A DNA stretch of 64,000 nt, taken from assembly GCA_002269645.1 (NCBI GenBank), contig NIVC01000296.1:496001-560000 (forward strand), given 5' to 3'. A program made the translations under genes and the position numbers. The notes under the pieces are model-generated. The model was not told the DNA's origin and made no database searches. It was given only the letters and a program-made list of their open reading frames with translations. Origin of the DNA: Macrostomum lignano. Lineage: Eukaryota. Positions 62,083-64,000 of the stretch are shown here, in pieces. Position 1 is the stretch's first letter; every line of letters starts with the position of its first letter.

Positions 62083-62504
62083 GTTTGAGGAGCTTTTGTT
62101 TGCTGATGGAAAATGGCAATACCTTTCCTTCTGAGGCCCAACAATGAGCAGTACAATAAATTATTCACGCCACAAGCTAACGTTGGAGAAACTTGGCCTT
62201 CGGGGAACAGCACAGCTAGTCTATAAGCAGAAATAAATCTGAAATATTAATTCTACATCAATCAGGCCTTGATTAAATAGCTCGTAGATTAGTCAGTAAA
62301 ACCGACTCACTCTCGCTTTTTCCACTCTCAGCTCACCCTCGCATCCCCTTCCGTTTCTCTGTTTGGACCTCCACAAAACAATGCGAAAAATATGCGATTG
62401 TCAAACATCAATCTGTTAAACTTCTCACGCAGGCCCAGGGATAAATAGGGATTTCTGGGATTTTATGATTCTGCACTCATTTCCGGTCCGATCACCGCGC
62501 ACAG

Positions 62505-63114
62505 GAAATTGTCATCCACTTCCGAGGCGTCCCGCGCTGCCCAACGGACACTCGAGTGAGCATCCGCGGCCGCAGCGTCCGCGTCGTGCAGCTGGACACC
62601 GACGGCCGGAACAGCAGCCGGACGGTTGCCGAACTGCGCCTCGGCGGCGACTCGGAAGGCGACGATGACGACGACCGTCTACCGGCCTCGGTGCCGCTGC
62701 TGCTGCGGAGCTTCGACTCCGGCCGGCAGCACTCGCTGCACCTGTCCGGCACCGGGCTCCACCTGCGCTGGTCCGACGACGGCTTCCTCGCCCTGCTGCT
62801 CGAGTCGTCGTCGGCGGCAGCGGCGGCGTCTTCAACCGGCCGGACTGGCGGCTGGTGCGCCGGGGAACGCCCGCCGCCGGCACCGCGGGAGGGTCGGACA
62901 GCTGCGAAGCGTCGTAGAGTTCGGCCAGCAAACCGCGGCCCCTGCGGCCGCCTGGACCGGCCGGATGGACGGCTGGCGCGCAGCTGCCTGCGCGATCCCT
63001 TCGTTGAGGTGGCCGGCTCCGCCGCCGCCTACGCAACAGCCAGGCGGTTCCTGCTGAGCAGCCGAGGCCGGGACTGCAATAGCGGCGGCCGGAGCGGCGC
63101 CGCCTGCAGAGACG
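62505..63114 (+). CDS. Secreted VWD-like protein, exon 2 (gene probably continues beyond the window)
   Basis: gcacag acceptor, phase 0; CRK|EIVIHFRG, GLHLRWSDDGFLALLL and TGGWCAG resemble VWD CxKxVxI, GLxVxWDG and CGLCGN; G|gtgcgt donor. Confidence 0.68.
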
Positions 63115-64000
63115 GTGCGTGTTGTTTCAAACTGACGTGGGAATTTTAAGGCACAGGGCCTGACTTACTTGACTTACTCCAGCAGCCCTTGACACACTCG
63201 CGGGGATCCCATGGGTTGGCTTGCGATTCGGCAAGAAGCAGGCAAACAAATAAGGGTCCGTTGCATTCGGGACTTAAGCCTGATCAGCACCACCAAAGCC
63301 TCCTCCCCCGACACCGCCACTGCTTGGGGTTTGCACAGGCAACTCAAGGAAAGGAACGCTGCAACATAGAAAAGCTTGAAGGTTAAAGCTAAGGTAAGCG
63401 GGCACAGCTGATGATCCCAGTGCACAAGTGACTACTGCGTGGAAAGTAAAAAAAGTAAGCAAGTCCCACACGAGCCATGGCTTTAGCCATATAGAATACT
63501 GCGAAGAAAGCTTTTATGAACTATTTGGACCATAAAGAGAAGTGCAGAATATGGCGTCAATATAAGCAAAAGGGCCGTTGGGAAAAATAAACAGACACGG
63601 TAGCTAAGCCCGCAGCACTCTCCAGTGATAAGAGGGAGACCGACGACTTTCCTTCTGCAAGAAACAGCTGCAGCTTGGGCCTCGGCGAGGGTGCGAGTTT
63701 TTCGCTCCGAGTTTGACATTTTCACAGGAAATGATAAGAGGCAAACGGGAAACAGAAAAGGGGGCTTTAAAAAGTTATTTAGCAAGACGTGGCTTCTGCT
63801 TTAAGTAGCAAATAGGGAAAAATACAAGTAAGTTCCTTGATAGCAAGTAGGTTCCTTTCCACTGAGGTTTCTTTGCAGCAAGGAGATTTATATACAGCAA
63901 ACAGGTAACTTTCTAACAAAGGGGTTGCTATCTAGCATTTAGAAGATTTCATTCCGGCAAGGGGGGTTGTTATTCTTGAAAATTGCTTCCCACCCTTGGA

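Overview
Eukaryotic (animal) genomic DNA, not prokaryotic. GC/Ala-rich exons with GT-AG introns sit among about 35 minisatellite/microsatellite arrays with 4-46 bp units. This style suggests the flatworm Macrostomum lignano or a relative (inference only). Five spliced genes can be reconstructed: a divergent dystrophin/DRP2-related gene (+, ~6.9-19.0 kb), TIMM44 (-, 22.1-26.6 kb, 5' exon not found), serine palmitoyltransferase LCB2/SPTLC2 (+, 37.1-43.0 kb), TMEM26 (+, 55.0-57.5 kb) and the 5' part of a secreted protein with a divergent VWD-like domain (+, 61.8-63.1 kb). Mobile DNA comprises a full-length but frameshifted Ty3/Gypsy (Mag-like) LTR element (46695-50945), a hAT MITE with an 8-bp TSD, a Tc1/IS630-like deletion derivative, a CORE-type SINE and weaker SINE/Helitron-like remnants. 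The LTR element sits inside a triplicated (18-bp array + ~470-bp spacer) macro-repeat. Most long ORFs in the ORF track are artefacts of tandem repeats. Most notable observations: (1) arrays apparently born in place at splice sites, a stop codon and an LTR end; (2) one 28-bp array shared, with its rare variants, between introns of two divergent genes; (3) arrays built from splice-signal words; (4) a dystrophin-like protein that seems to lack the WW/EF1 region and has a 51-nt in-frame GT-AG insert in its ZZ finger. All homology calls are by eye from remembered family motifs; no searches were run.
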